Shown here in pieces: positions 47,710-61,500 of a stretch of DNA of 64,000 nucleotides (position 1 is its first letter; each line of letters begins with the position of its first letter). The notes below the pieces were generated by a model. That model worked only from the letters and a program-made list of their open reading frames with translations, was not told where the DNA came from and did no database searches. The stretch is from Bacteroidales bacterium (GTDB lineage: Bacteria; Bacteroidota; Bacteroidia; Bacteroidales; UBA3663), in NCBI GenBank assembly GCA_045627865.1, contig JAZQOK010000003.1, positions 4,316 to 68,315 on the forward strand, written 5' to 3'. The position numbers were made by a program, and so were the translations under genes.

Positions 47710-48164
47710 ACATTGTACAAGGAACCAAGAATGAGAAGTATGAAGCACTTTATCCTCAAATAGAGGCAGTGGTAGGTGCCGAATCAGATCCGATTGCCAA
47801 TATGGCGAACATGGCATCTATGCTTCATGAGACCTTCGGATTCTGGTGGACGGGCTTCTATCGTGTGATAGATGGAATGCTTGTGTTAGGTCCATTCCAA
47901 GGGCCATTGGCTTGTACCCGTATCAAAAAGGGTAAAGGTGTTTGTGGAACAGCTTGGGCAACAGAACAGACGCAGGTAGTTCCTGACGTTGATCAGTTTC
48001 CGGGGCATATAGCTTGTTCTTCTGCTTCGAAGAGTGAGATAGTTGTACCTATTCGAAAGGATGGTGAAATCATCGCTGTATTGGATATTGATAGTGCAGA
48101 ATTGTCAACCTTCGACGAAATCGACCAACTTTGGTTGGAGAAGATGGTTCAATTATTGGCATAA
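47694..48164 (+). CDS. msrC: GAF-domain free methionine-R-sulfoxide reductase
   Basis: WTGFY, LGPFQG..AC, GVCG, FPGHIAC, SEIVVP, LDIDS. Confidence 0.88.
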   Translation: MAEHLDIVQGTKNEKYEALYPQIEAVVGAESDPIANMANMASMLHETFGFWWTGFYRVIDGMLVLGPFQGPLACTRIKKGKGVCGTAWATEQTQVVPDVDQFPGHIACSSASKSEIVVPIRKDGEIIAVLDIDSAELSTFDEIDQLWLEKMVQLLA

Positions 48165-48211
48165 TCTCTCTTTATTATATAAAATGAAATAAACCAAAAA
48201 TTTTAATACTT

Positions 48212-48436
48212 ATGAAATTAGCTACACTTATTACTTGTTGGAACGGCTTTGAAGCCGAAATTATTCGCACAAAGTTGGATGCCTCCGATATTCCTTGTGT
48301 ATTGCAAGGAGAGGCTGTGTCGAGCGTACAGATTGGTTACGGATTGGGCAATCGCGCTTTCTCTGTTCAGGTTCTTGTGAAGGAGGAGGACTTGGCCAAG
48401 GCTAAGGAACTTATTGCAGAGGATTCTGATAAATAA
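48212..48436 (+). CDS. DUF2007-family small protein
   Basis: EAEIIRTKLDASDIPC..., VLVKEEDLAKAKEL. Confidence 0.75.
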   Translation: MKLATLITCWNGFEAEIIRTKLDASDIPCVLQGEAVSSVQIGYGLGNRAFSVQVLVKEEDLAKAKELIAEDSDK

Positions 48437-48459
48437 AGAACTAAATAGCTGGTTGTCTT

Positions 48460-49479
48460 ATGAAAGCGCTTTTTATAGGTGGAACTGGAACTATTAGTTC
48501 TGCCATTACCAGACTTGTGGCACAAACTCCCGGGTGGGAACTGTTTTTGCTAAATCGAGGTAATCGTAATGATGAATTACCCTCTTCGGTCAAGACCATA
48601 ATTGCTGATATCAACGACGAGGCAAACGTGGCCAAATCTATCGATGGAATGAGCTTCGATGTAGTTTGTGACTTCATCGGTTTTGTTCCAGAGCAGGTTG
48701 AACGAGACATACGTCTGTTTGAAGGACGAACTCGTCAGTATATGTATATCAGCTCGGCTTCTGCCTACCAGAAACCTTTGTCCTCTCCTTATATTACCGA
48801 GGGGACACCACTCTCAAATCCACATTGGGAGTATTCTCGCAATAAGATTGCTTGTGAAGAACTATTGATGCGACAGTATCGTGAAAAAGGTTTCCCTATT
48901 ACTATCATCCGTCCAAGCCATACCTATTGTGAACGTTCCATTCCTGTGGCTGTTCACGGTACGAAAGGCAGTTGGCAGGTGTTGAAACGAATGCTTGAAG
49001 GCAAGCCTGTTATCATTCCCGGCGATGGCACATCCCTTTGGACATTGACGCATAATAGTGATTTTGCCAAAGCATTTGTTGGATTGATGGGTAATAAACA
49101 TGCCATTGGCGAGTCTTTCCAAATTACAGGCGATGAGAACCTGTCATGGAACCAGATTTATGAAATTGTCGCCTCTGCTTTGGGCGTTGAACTCAAACCT
49201 TATCATGTTGCTTCCGATTTGTTGGCTCAAGTGGGTAAACAATATGACCTTGAGGGCAACCTCATTGGAGACAAGGCCAATACAGTTGTCTTTGACTGTA
49301 CTAAGGTGAAACGTGCTGTTCCGGGTTATGTCGCTACTACTCGTTTTGACCAAGGCGCTCGCATGGCGATTGATCATATTCTTGCTCATCCAGAGTTGCA
49401 GGTAGAGGATCCAGAGTTTGATGCTTGGTGTGATCGAGTCATTAATGCCATTGAACAGGCAAAGAATTCATTGATTTAA
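48460..49479 (+). CDS. Atypical SDR / NAD-dependent epimerase-dehydratase
   Basis: GGTGTIS, NRG, ISSASAY, YSRNK, RPSHTY. Confidence 0.88.
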   Translation: MKALFIGGTGTISSAITRLVAQTPGWELFLLNRGNRNDELPSSVKTIIADINDEANVAKSIDGMSFDVVCDFIGFVPEQVERDIRLFEGRTRQYMYISSASAYQKPLSSPYITEGTPLSNPHWEYSRNKIACEELLMRQYREKGFPITIIRPSHTYCERSIPVAVHGTKGSWQVLKRMLEGKPVIIPGDGTSLWTLTHNSDFAKAFVGLMGNKHAIGESFQITGDENLSWNQIYEIVASALGVELKPYHVASDLLAQVGKQYDLEGNLIGDKANTVVFDCTKVKRAVPGYVATTRFDQGARMAIDHILAHPELQVEDPEFDAWCDRVINAIEQAKNSLI

Positions 49480-49534
49480 TACTATTTCTACGATGAAAAA
49501 GATAATTCTCTTCATCTGCATTCTCTCTAAATAG

Positions 49535-49570
49535 AAAAAAGCAGTCAAATGTTTGTTTGGCTGCTTTTTT
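49535..49570. terminator. Bidirectional intrinsic terminator
   Basis: aaaaaagcagtcaaa-tgtttg-tttggctgctttttt between convergent genes. Confidence 0.85.
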
Positions 49571-49595
49571 ATTTGTCCCTTTCATCGATTAGAGA

Positions 49596-52500
49596 TCAAT
49601 ACACTGAAATCTTCTTTCGTCCGATGAGATAGATTCCAGCTTGTGGAAGTGTGAACGATGTGATTCCCTTGGTTGCCGTGTGGCGATATACCAAGTGTCC
49701 GCTGAGGGTGTGAACTTGAATATCGACAGGTAAGTCGAAAGGAGACTCAACAACGATGGTTCGTCCACGTACCGAAATCTTCAGATTCTCGATTGCCTCT
49801 TCTGGTTCCTCCTCTTCTTCAATAGTTTTTTGATACCAATCTTCAATCAGCAGACGGTGTGGTGCAGCCATACTGCTAGCTGCTGTGATGTAGGTGCGGA
49901 ATGGAATCACCGTTCCATTCTCCTGATCGAAGGCATTGCCTTTGGCATCCAGGGTGTAGTCACCAGTCGTATGGATGTAGGAACCGATATGGCTGAATCC
50001 ATTGGCAACGGAGGTTTGATTCTCCTCGTCACTAACAGCAATACTTACATTCGTGTTCTCGAAAGTGGCTGCCTGAGGATTGCCCGTTTTGCTGTGAGTG
50101 TCCAACGAATAGACGCTACCCTCCATCGAGAACTCGTAGTAGTCATTGCCAGGAAGTGCAATGATATAAGGTACACTTGCGGTCAATGGAATGTAGTCGG
50201 CAAATGTAACATCATCGTCGGTGGCAGCATCGGCATAGTGCTTACCGAAGTTTGGATCTCCATTATAATTGTCCAAGCTGGCAAAATAGGTGTTCTTATA
50301 TTTGTACTCATCGATGACCTCTACCTCTTGTCTGTCATCGACAAAGGTACCCTCCGTGCCCTCTTTGCCCACTCTACTGAAGGTTGCCTTGTCGTCTGCA
50401 ACGGCAGTCAGGCCTCTCAACCAGTATTCGTGGTTCAGAACGCTATTGCCATAGAAGTGGCTGATCTCTCCGTTTACATCTGCCTCAACGTGTGTTGCTG
50501 TAAATGGCAGACAAATACCTTCCCAGCCATTGATGTCTCCACTACGATAGTTTTGAGGCATACGCTCGTACCAAGCACGCGTGTTGACACCGAATTCGAT
50601 AGGTGCATTGAAGTCCTGCTTATCGACAAGGTGGAAGTAGTCGGTACTTCCGTTGGCAATGTTATGGTATGCCACATCTGCCTCATCGCTATTATCGGTA
50701 TCACTGTAAGCAAATACATCATCCTGTCCAGCATTATACACCAGCAAGTTCTGACTGACGTGACCAGTAGTCTCGTTGCTATAAGAACTATAATCCTTAT
50801 TACTATCAACGCTGAACTTAGTTGGCAAAGTGACGGCACCATCACCCTCAGCAGTCATTGTTGTATAGTCGATGGCTGTGAGTGATGGATTGAGAGCCCA
50901 AGCATCCTTGTTATAGTGGAACTTCTGGTCTGCCTTGCTCTGGTAGAAGCCAGCCGTCTCATACACACGGTTGCCACCCTTCGTTCCATCAGCATCGCCA
51001 TTGGCCACAGGCTCGATATGCACAGGATAAGCATCGGCATTGATCTTATCAAGGTGCTGACCGAAGAAGAGATAGTCGTTGGCGTAGTTGGCTGGGAGAC
51101 CACGGTATGTGAAGTACTCCGTACCATTACCACTGACATCAACAGTATGGTCGGCAACAGCCGACGTGCCATCGTGGAGAGGTATGTTCGTATCGGCTTC
51201 CCCATCATTATCGGTATCCTTCCAACGTGCAGCATCGTGGGTGTGCAGTTGGTCGTGATGAGTATCCTTATGACCATAGTTAGGAGCACTTGTACGCAAT
51301 GACCAAACGCGGTCGGTGGTAGCGTACTGGTAATCACCGTTGGCGTAGCGACCTTCAACGTAGCCATCAGCGGTAGGAGTGAAATAATGGCTCAACTTGT
51401 AGGCAAGGCTGCCGTAAAGGACTTTAGAGTCATTAAGGTCCTTAGAGTCTTTAAGCTCGTAGCAGTTGGTGCTCGTGCCAGTAGAGGCTATCGTGCCACC
51501 TACAAGGCCAAGATTATAGACATTGCCGGTAAGATTACCGCCAAAGAATGAGTCGCCATATTCGCCCAGCTCGATACGGTAGCCATCGCCATGGAAGTTA
51601 CCGGCAAATGCTTGGCTGATGGCAGGCAGAGGCTCGGTCAGCGTTATATCCTTCTGCAAGATGATATCAAGACCATCAAGTCCCACTGGAATATTCTTCA
51701 CATTTCCCTCTGTAGCCAAATTCAGATACTCGATGAACGCATGCAAGTCAGCTTCATCCTCGATGTAAAGCTTAGCCTCTGCGAACTTTGGATGGTATGT
51801 GTGTGCTTGGTTGTCAGGGATGGTTGAAGGCATAGTCTCAATCAGGAGGTCGCGAATGACATTGCCACTACCATCGGTCACGAAGACGTCCTTCATGCGG
51901 TGGTAGTTATGCACCACAATCATACGGTTCTCCTTCGGTATGGTAACCGTCTGCTCTGGCATAACCGGGAAGTCGTAGCCACCTGCGGTGAAGATATAGG
52001 CGATGGTGTACTCATTCTGCTTGTAGTAGGCAGGGATGGTACCGGTGACAATAGTGTTGTTCTCGTCATCGGTTTTCTCTTCATAGCTGCTCTTCGGGAT
52101 AACGATACCGTGATCTATATCCCACTTCCATTCGCCGTGCTCATCGATCTCACTCAGAGGAAGTATCTGCCATGAAGCAGCGGTAATAGGCATCAACTCA
52201 GGAGTCTTGACCTTCAGACCACTGGTAGAGAAACCGATGAGCTCACCAGGAAGGGCACAGTTCTCTATCTTAACACCTCCCGTTACGGTAGGACCTTGCA
52301 GATAGACGACGTTGACCGTGATGGTGTATTCGTAGGTCTGCTCCACGCCGTTGGCATCGGTTGTCTTACCTTCGAAGTAGATCTTTACCAATTCCGGTTC
52401 ATCGAGGTGATTCTTGTATGCCGCATCACCGCTGTTATTCAACTTATCCTGCAGACGGATGTTGAACTGCGGCAGGTGGTCGTTCTGGACGGTCTTACCC

Positions 52501-55500
52501 GTAGTGAACGAGCCACTGGCAGGTACGCTGTATCGAGGCATATCGTTGTGCCAGTCGTCAATGTCATTACCACCGACAAAGATATCGAACTCATAGTCGC
52601 TTATCTTGTCTATCGTATTTCCACCATCATCAGTTTCTGTGTCTGTGGAAGGCAGTACTGGTTCGTAGTTGTTACGGTGGAAACCATCCTCGGTGCTGAG
52701 CCACTCAATTTTCTTAATATTGAGCCTACTTCCATTCTCCATACCTGATAGCACAATATTCGGGTCGGTCTTGATAAGATCGAAGTCGAGTTTGTGCTGA
52801 TAGGTAAAGCCTGTGAGTGTGGTATTGAAGAAGTACTTGTTGCCCTCTACATACCAGTAGTGAGCCTCATCAAGGTGAGGTTTGCTGGCATCTCTTTGGG
52901 TGATATTGCCTGGTGTACCAAAGTGCTGAACGAAGCAGTCATCGACGATGTACTGGTCACCAATATTCTCATGAGTTATAGGATCCTCACCCTGATCAAT
53001 AATACCCGGGAACACAAAGTTACCAGAAGTCATGAGGAAGTGGTCCTCGCCTGTTGCAACGTCAGGATTCTCGTGGATATTGTCGGCATAAACATAACCA
53101 CCACCTTCGCCCTGCACCAGGGTGAGGAGTTTGACCTCACAGACACCCACGATAGGACCATAGTAGGTCTGTGACTGGTGTGCTCCGACATACTCCTGGT
53201 TCTGGATACGGAGGCAGTAACCATTATTGATACCGATGGCATTACGTGCCGTAGCTACGTTGCGCTGCTTGAATGTTGTGGTAGCCTCGGCTGTCTTGTT
53301 GCCTTCGGCATCGGGTGTGGATTTGGTGTAGTTGGTGATGAAATCAAGCTTTTTGCTAAAGTAAGTGCCCGAGGTCTTTGCACCTTGGTTGTTATGGAAT
53401 CCATCCGTGAAGGCATCGTTGGTTACAATAGAACCGAGATAGTGCACATTATTGAAAAACGCCAGATAGTTTCGCTGCTTCTTGGTGTCGAATTTAGTGC
53501 CTTCCCCGGAGCCGCTGTGCGCACTGATCTCGCCAAGCGTAGCATCTGCATCGAGCGTAGAGTTGAGGCGCATCTCATTGATACGTGTGATACTATAGAT
53601 GGTAGCATCGATCTGGTCGGTAGCAAAGTCCTGAGCGCCCTGCAGCATGAGGCAGCAGTCGTTGACCGATAGCAAGTCCATACGCTGGAAGGTATTCATC
53701 AGGATTGGATGCTTGGCAGTACCATCGGCCCAACCGTAGCGGGTAACATCTGCCGAACGGAAACCTTCACAGAAGGTCAAGTGACCGTCGCCATAGATAC
53801 CACCATCACCGGTAAGGGTGTAGTAGGTTGTGCCGCCCACGGGAGTGTGGTCACCCTGGTGAGTATAAACCTCTTTGCCGCCGACAGTCTCCTTGATGAA
53901 CTTACCAATAACAGAGCTGGTAGCAGGGATATTAGCTACAGTAGCTTTGAGGGTAGAGACACGGATATGGTCGCGGTCGGTATAAGAAAAGTTGTCAGGA
54001 TCAGTCGCATCCATATCGCCCAGCATCACACTGGAGTTACCGCCATAGCCCGCAAATGTCGGTTCGTCGTAGCCATAGCGTCCTGAGAAGTTGTGCGGAT
54101 AGATATCCGTAATGGTTGGTGAATCGTCAAGCAACTTATATGTAGTCACAGAACCTGCCGAAGCTGCCATACTGTTTTCCAACGAGTAACCGCCGCCATA
54201 GATGCCCTTACCAATCTTGATGGCAACATCGTTCCAGGTGGTGCCGTCAGTCTGATGCTTGGTTGTAGGAGTGACAACAACTTCCTCAAAATTGCTGGCG
54301 TAGTCTGATGTCTTGGCTATTATCTGCTGATATACATTATCCGGAACGAGGTCGCCCTTCAGATACCATACGCTTGGCTTGATAACAGGGTTACCGTCAC
54401 CATCTAGTTTTGTAGTGTTCCACTTGTCGGCACGATCGAGAGCATATTCACCCGATGACAGACACTTGTAGTATTTAGGATAGCCCACGATGACCTGCGT
54501 GCTTCCATACATATCTGAGGCGTAGCAGCCGCCCGCCACATCGGTATAGACAAGGCCGTTGCGAATCTCGACTGTTGTGTTGCCGATAAGCTTACCGTTA
54601 CGTCCACCGCCAATGACGTTGTTGAACGAAGGATATTGATAGGCATTGGCAATGCCCAAGAGGTTATTTGCTGGAGTCGTACTATGCTGGATGTCCCAAT
54701 TGGATTCATCACCCAGCAAGGTCGTTAGCTCTGCACTGAGGTTAGAGTTAGCAACAAGATTGCCCATCGTACTTGTGTCGAGGCAACGATCCATATTGAT
54801 GGTGACATTACCCCACACGTGCGAGTTCTGTCCGAAGCCGGCACCATACACATTGAAGCAAGGGATGTTGTTGGCAATGGATTTGTCAAGGTCCTCCTTA
54901 TCGACATAGCGCAGCATGTTGCTGTATATGTTCAGCTCCACATCGCCCTCTACCTCGCCCGACTGGTAGCAACCGCCATAGATGTTGCACGAAGGAGCAT
55001 AGACACCATCGGCAATCTTCCAGATGTGGTCGCCGCCTTCGTGTTCAAGGAATTCTTCATCAGATGTATATTCGGTCTCAAACAGTTTGTTGAACTCCTC
55101 GTAGGTGTATTTCACACCCTTCTGACGGTTGTCATAGAGGAAGCCGTGCTTCTTCGCTGTCTCGAAGTTCTCACCATGACTATTTTTGGTAGCCGGGTTC
55201 TTGTCTGCTGGCACGTCCATCACCAGTGGCACGAACTGCGAAGCAATGTCGAGCTTGAACTTCTTGTTTCCATAGGTCGCGTTGTCGGAAATCTTACGGG
55301 TGTAACCGCCCATGGAGTATATTTTCTTCTTGCCATCATTGAATTCAATGTTAGCATCCAAACAGGCTGCCACAATCTTATCATAGATGATAATGTCGTG
55401 ATGGAATGGCAGCGTGACGGTCTTATCTACCAGCATTGAACCACGGTTACCACCACCGCAATAGGTACCGATGTGTGCCTCCTTCAGTGGCAGGTTGAGG

Positions 55501-58500
55501 TTGAAGTCCTTTGGTTGTGCCTTCATATCGACCGCCATCATGTAGATGTTGAGCAGGATAGGATTGTGAGACTGGTCCAAAGACTTTCCATCAGTATAGT
55601 CAGGGAAATCACTTGCCTCCGTATCGGCTCCCATATCGTCGAAACCATTCAACTCAGCGAACCTGGCAATCTGATCATTTTCGGTATAAGCCTTACCGTC
55701 GGAACCCATGAATACACCATTGAGCGTTACATACGAGCCAATCTTGAATTTCGTGAAGGACTCGTCACCTATGATGGTAGAAGCATTACCACCACAGAAC
55801 ACGTTACCCTTGACGTAGGCAACACGCTTGGCAGTAGAGTCTGCGCCGTGTTGGTCTATATAATGATAGTTCTCTACACCTGCTACATTGAGGAAGGCCT
55901 TATCTACTGAAGGACGATAATTATTGATTGTGAGAAGTTTCTTGGTGTCACTTGCTGTGTCCCATCCTGACTTATCCCCTGTCGGTTTGACGTGATATAC
56001 AAGTTCCTTGAGTTCAGTGTTGAACTCCTCAATCACGTCTGACTGATAAGGATTTTCGGTATTGCTTTCCCAATCGATGTCCTTATCCCACTTATACAGG
56101 TAGAAGCCGTTGCCTGAACCATAGACATTGCCCGATACGGCACCAGAGATGTTTACATTTGTGCCGTGATATACCTTACCTGAGATATCGTTACCACCAT
56201 AGACGTTCTCTATGTAGCCATCGGAGATGTTGACGGTAGCACCGTAAAAGTCCTCACCGTCAGTTCCCTCAGGCCAGGTCTTCCATTCTCCTTTCTCTGC
56301 CTCATCATAATCATCAGGTTTTGTATCGTTAGGCTTCACATCACTCAATCGGCATCCTCCGAAGAGCGAACCGATATAGATGTCTGGCTGGTCGATGGTG
56401 ATACTGAGTCCACGAGGCGAGTAGTTGGCATTGCTGCCATCGGTATTATTCTCTACACCTGCGCTTTCTCCGATTGCTCCGTTCTGGGTTGCCGGTTTAC
56501 CCGCTGGATTATAATAGGTCATATCACCCATGTTGCCGCCTGAATATACATTCTCCAGTCGTCCGTTCTTGAGGTTCCATGTTGGCTGGATATCCATTGT
56601 GGCGAGGTTGTTACCACCGAAGAGACGTGCCACATGGAAGTTATCCATCGTCAGCTTGCTTTCTTCCCACTTATAACCTACCGTCACATCGCGGAAGAAG
56701 ATGTTCTGCACGATGTTCTTCTGGTATTGCGTAAATTCAACTTCTGCGAAGTTTTTACTCTTGGCATCAGTGAAGATGAAGGTAGAATCGGTTACGGTTG
56801 CCATATTGCCACCACCAAAAGCGCGAAGCGTTGAGCCACCGTCGATTTCGATAAGCGCCTTTGCCACATTCGGTTTAGCACCACTCTCCACTTCGGATAC
56901 CCAAGCCTCGCCATTACCTCCGGCGAATGCACTACCGACGAGAGGGAAACCACGGTCGGCAGACTCATCATCAGCAGAAATCTCCACGTAGGTATTGAAC
57001 GTATGTCCCGCGATTGGCTCACGGGTATTGGACCATTTGGCCTCAGTGAAATAGGCTGGCATCGTACCGTGAATAGTACCTGCAATATCATTGCCACCAT
57101 AAAGGTTACAGATGATGAGGTGGTTGGCATTGGCGATGCCACGAGCCTTACCATCGTATGCCCATACATGAGTTGCACCCATAATATCTGCCTGACGGCT
57201 ACCGCCATAGACATTGTTCACGAAGCCCTCAGCCAGTTCCACAAATGTATTACCATTGATTACGCCCTTGAAGCCACCTCCATAGAGCGAACCAAGAAGC
57301 GTTCCCTGCTTACCAACGGCATAATACACATTGACGTTACCATCCACCTCACCCATGTTCGAACCACCGAAGGCATTGAACATGTACGGGAAGTGACCAT
57401 GCGTATCATCATCACCACCGGCATCCTGCTCAATAGCCTTAATGGAGAGATAAACGTCGCCCATGGAGTGTGTATCGGTACCATAGCCAGCGCCGTAAGC
57501 GTTGAGGGCATTGTTGCGCTCCACGTCCATGGCAACATCATAGATTTTCAGGTTATTATCCTTACTGAAATAGGTAGCATCGGTACAGTTCGGCGAAAGC
57601 CAGCAGTTGTAATCCACCCATGAGTCACCCTCCACGAAGCCGGAAAGGAAGCAACCGCCAAACACGTTACCGCCATGTAAGTATGTGCCTTTTGTATCGG
57701 TCAGTACCTCAGGTTCCATAGCACACTGAAGGTCAAGGTGAAGAAGAACCTTGTCCTTGTTGGCTGTGAAGAGCTCATCCGCATTCGCTTCTCGTTTAGG
57801 GTCATCATCATTCAAAGGCTCGAAGTATGACGTTGCATATCTTTTTTTGCGTTCTGTGTCTGAGATTCCATCTGCTCTTGGGTCAGCATGCACCTGATGG
57901 ATATGGTGACCCACAGGACTGGCGTTCACACCCGTACTGTTTTCTGAGAGGATGCCACCATTGAAGTTGTAGCGAAGAATACTTGTGATCTTCGTTGGAT
58001 CATCAGGATCCTCATGGAGTTCGTCGATATACTCGCCAGCACCTGCAGGGTCATCAGGATCGACCTTTGTCCAACCACCAGGAACCTCCGTCGCATAGTC
58101 ATAAACGCCATCATTATCACCATCGATAAAGTTATCATGAGTGTCGGATTCGAAAAGATGATACTTTACATGCGCATTATACGCTCCACCCACAACAGTG
58201 TGACCAATGGTTACACCTTCAGGCAGTACATAGTCGAACGTACCCTCGGCAGTCTTTGCACGCATCGAACCACGGAAACCACCGCCCACGAAGTTTGCGA
58301 GCCATACATCCTCAGCAGCACTGCCATCGTGGTTGTTGATTCTGAGGCGCACGTCATCCGTCCATATCATCACGTTGTTCAGGTAGGCTTGGAATGGCTT
58401 CAGCTGTTCGGCACGGGTCATCTCTTTACCTAATTCGTCACCCACGGCAAAGCCAGGATAGTACTTTCCTGCATTATAGTTGTAGTAGTGGTGATAGTAG

Positions 58501-61500
58501 TTGTCGTGTTCGTAGTCACCATTCTGCGTAGCAAGGTTTCGACCGGAGCATCCCATGAAGAGACCTGATACATTCTCGCCATTATCTATATAGGTACTAC
58601 CATCAGCCGCGTCAGCCAACTCCGTGTGCGTACGACCAATGGTGACGTGTGAACCGATATTGACATAGAGCTTACCGCCACCTTGGAAATAGTCAGGGTC
58701 ATCACGAGTAAGGTGAGGGTCACCGTGGTACTTGCCTTCTTCTGCCAGCATGGACTTGTCCCATGCACCAATAGTACAAGAGTTTCCACCACCGAACACC
58801 TGACCGAGCACCTTAACGCGCTCTGCTTCGGTATTGCCTTCGAGGGTAAGCTCTACACCGCCAATGGTTTGCGGACGCCCTACATAGGTATTACCCTTAG
58901 GACCATTATTGTGTGTAGAGTGATCCACATAGTAGTAATTGGCTGTGCCATGCGCACCCATGTTGTATTTCAGTTCATTAGGAACATAATAGCCTACGTG
59001 GTTACCATTACCCGCGCCATAAACCTGCCCCTGAATAGTACCGCCATAGATGGTAAGACTGGCCAAACCATTGACAGTACCCGACACGTCGTTAGCACCA
59101 TACACGTTGCCACCGATAGTAATTTCGTTCTTATGATCAGTGTAAGTATAACTACGGAGGACATAGCCATGCTCGTCATCAAGGTCAACAGAGGAATGAC
59201 GTCCTGCACCCCCATCCTGCAAACCGATGACGGTCTTTGTAGCATATAAGTTTACATCTGGCTGTGGATTGCCCTCACCGTCCAGAATCAGGTTGCCGTC
59301 ATTATCTCTCTTGTATGGCGTGATATTACCCATCACCGAACCACCGAAAACATCCTGAACGATGGTGCCACGGGTAATATTAAGTTCTGTCTTCTCACAT
59401 GGAGCATAGTAGCCACCGCCATACACGTGGTGAACGCGCGACAGAGGGTCATTGCCCACATGCACCTTACACATACCGCCCACAGGACCGTTCATACCAC
59501 CACCGATGATACTGTGGAAACCAGTACCGCGGACGAGGTTGATGTCGCTAAGGGCGTTACCATTGATCTTAGCATTGATACCGAAACCTCCGCCGAAGAC
59601 AGAGAAGTGAGGCTTTGCAACATTGGCAATACACTCCTTGTAATAGTCGGTAGTGCTGAAATCTGCAGGTGCTATTGGTGCACCAGTCATATATACGTGC
59701 GAGTTACCCTTCACGGTGCACGCCATATTACCACCGCCATAGAGGTTGTGGGTGATATCGCTCTCGGTGTTGCGCTTGTCGCTAGCACTACTCTGGTCAA
59801 GGAAGCGACCTGTGACCTCTGCGAGCATCTGCTCATAGGTAGCATCCGATGGCAGGAACTCACGTGGCTTCCAGTATTTGGTGTACTCAAGGTCTGCTTT
59901 CTCCAAATAAACGTAGGTGTTGCCATAGATATCGGCAGAGGTTACATTAGCGTCGCCTGTGCCTGGGTCACCACCGAAGCCACCGCCGAAGATATCTTTT
60001 GCCACCATACCGTCGAGGACAGCCACATTGGTACAACCATCGGTTACGCCAGGAACCATAGTTCGTCCTGATTCGCCTTTGGATGCAGCAATCGTCTGAC
60101 ATGTAAACACCATACCCATATTGCCACCGCCATAGACATGGCTCCACACCTTGGTGCCATTGAGCGAGACATTGGTGCTACCACAGACAGTACCAACGAA
60201 CATCGACATCGTCATCTGAGCCTTCGTACGACCGTTGCCGCCACCGAAGACACTACCGAGGATGTTGCCACCATTGAGATTCAGGGAGGTGGTATAGTCG
60301 AGTGTGGCAAGACTGTGGTTCTGCTGGGCAACATGGCCTTCCATCTGAGGACGAGCACCAACGTAGTACCAACCAGTATTGGCAATGTCACCGCCACCAT
60401 ACACGTTACCATAGATGATGGTAGTGTTACCACTGATAGCGACATCCGTCTCTCGCATCACCTGCGCTGCGTAGGTGTATGGCAACTTGACTTTGCCTCC
60501 GCCACCAAATGGGCTATCTATTTCATCCTCAGCCTCAATACCAGCACCACCGCCATAGACGCTACCATTATACAATCCGCCCTGGATGTCCACCTTCGTA
60601 GCACCATAGACAGCACCAACATAGCTATTAACGCCACCCGTAGCATCAGCACCAGACTTCGAGCCCAATCCGCCACCAAAGACATTGAAGACGAAAGGTT
60701 GTCCCTGGATGGTTATGTTTGTCTGGGAGGTATATGTTGTCTTTTTATAATTGATTGCATGGGTTGGATCTGTGTTATCCTTGTCGTATGAATCCTTATC
60801 GTATGCACCCACCGTTCCATCGAAGCCACCGCCATGAACAGCAGGAACGAACTGCTCGGACAGTTTGGTGTCTGGCTTCAGACGAAGAGCCAGTTTATCG
60901 ATAGCCTCCAGTTCGTCATGCGTGAAGGCAACCCCATCGGCAGGTTTGATGCTGGCAGTGCCTGGAATATTGATATTGACATTTGTGTTTCCTGCCACAT
61001 CAGTATGCGCACCGTAGCCTGCACCGAAGACTGAGCAGATAGGTATCTTCTGCTGGTTAGGCTTCATGGAGTTGTCATAGAAGTAACGCCATGCTGCCAT
61101 GGCACGTAGGTCTGACGTGAAACTATATGCCGTGATCATGCCCTTTGTCATGGTAACGTTGGTACTGCCCGCCACATTACATGCCATATTGCCACCGCCG
61201 TAGATATTGCGAAGGTTATCCTCATCGCCAATAACATACACAATCTCACCACCATTGATGGTGACATGGGTGTCGCCAGTGCCCTCCTCGAGTGTACCGT
61301 CAACTTTGTGCGTACCGATGTCGGCAGATGACTTGACGGAGCCATCGTTATTGAGTGCACCATTACCGCCACCGAAGATGCTACCTCCGTACTCACCCTT
61401 GTTGATGGTTACGTTGGTATTACCTTTGATGGCAGCTTGATCGCCACCACCATAGACGTTGCCATGAATCTTGATCTTGCTTTGCCCTCTCGCCGTAGTT

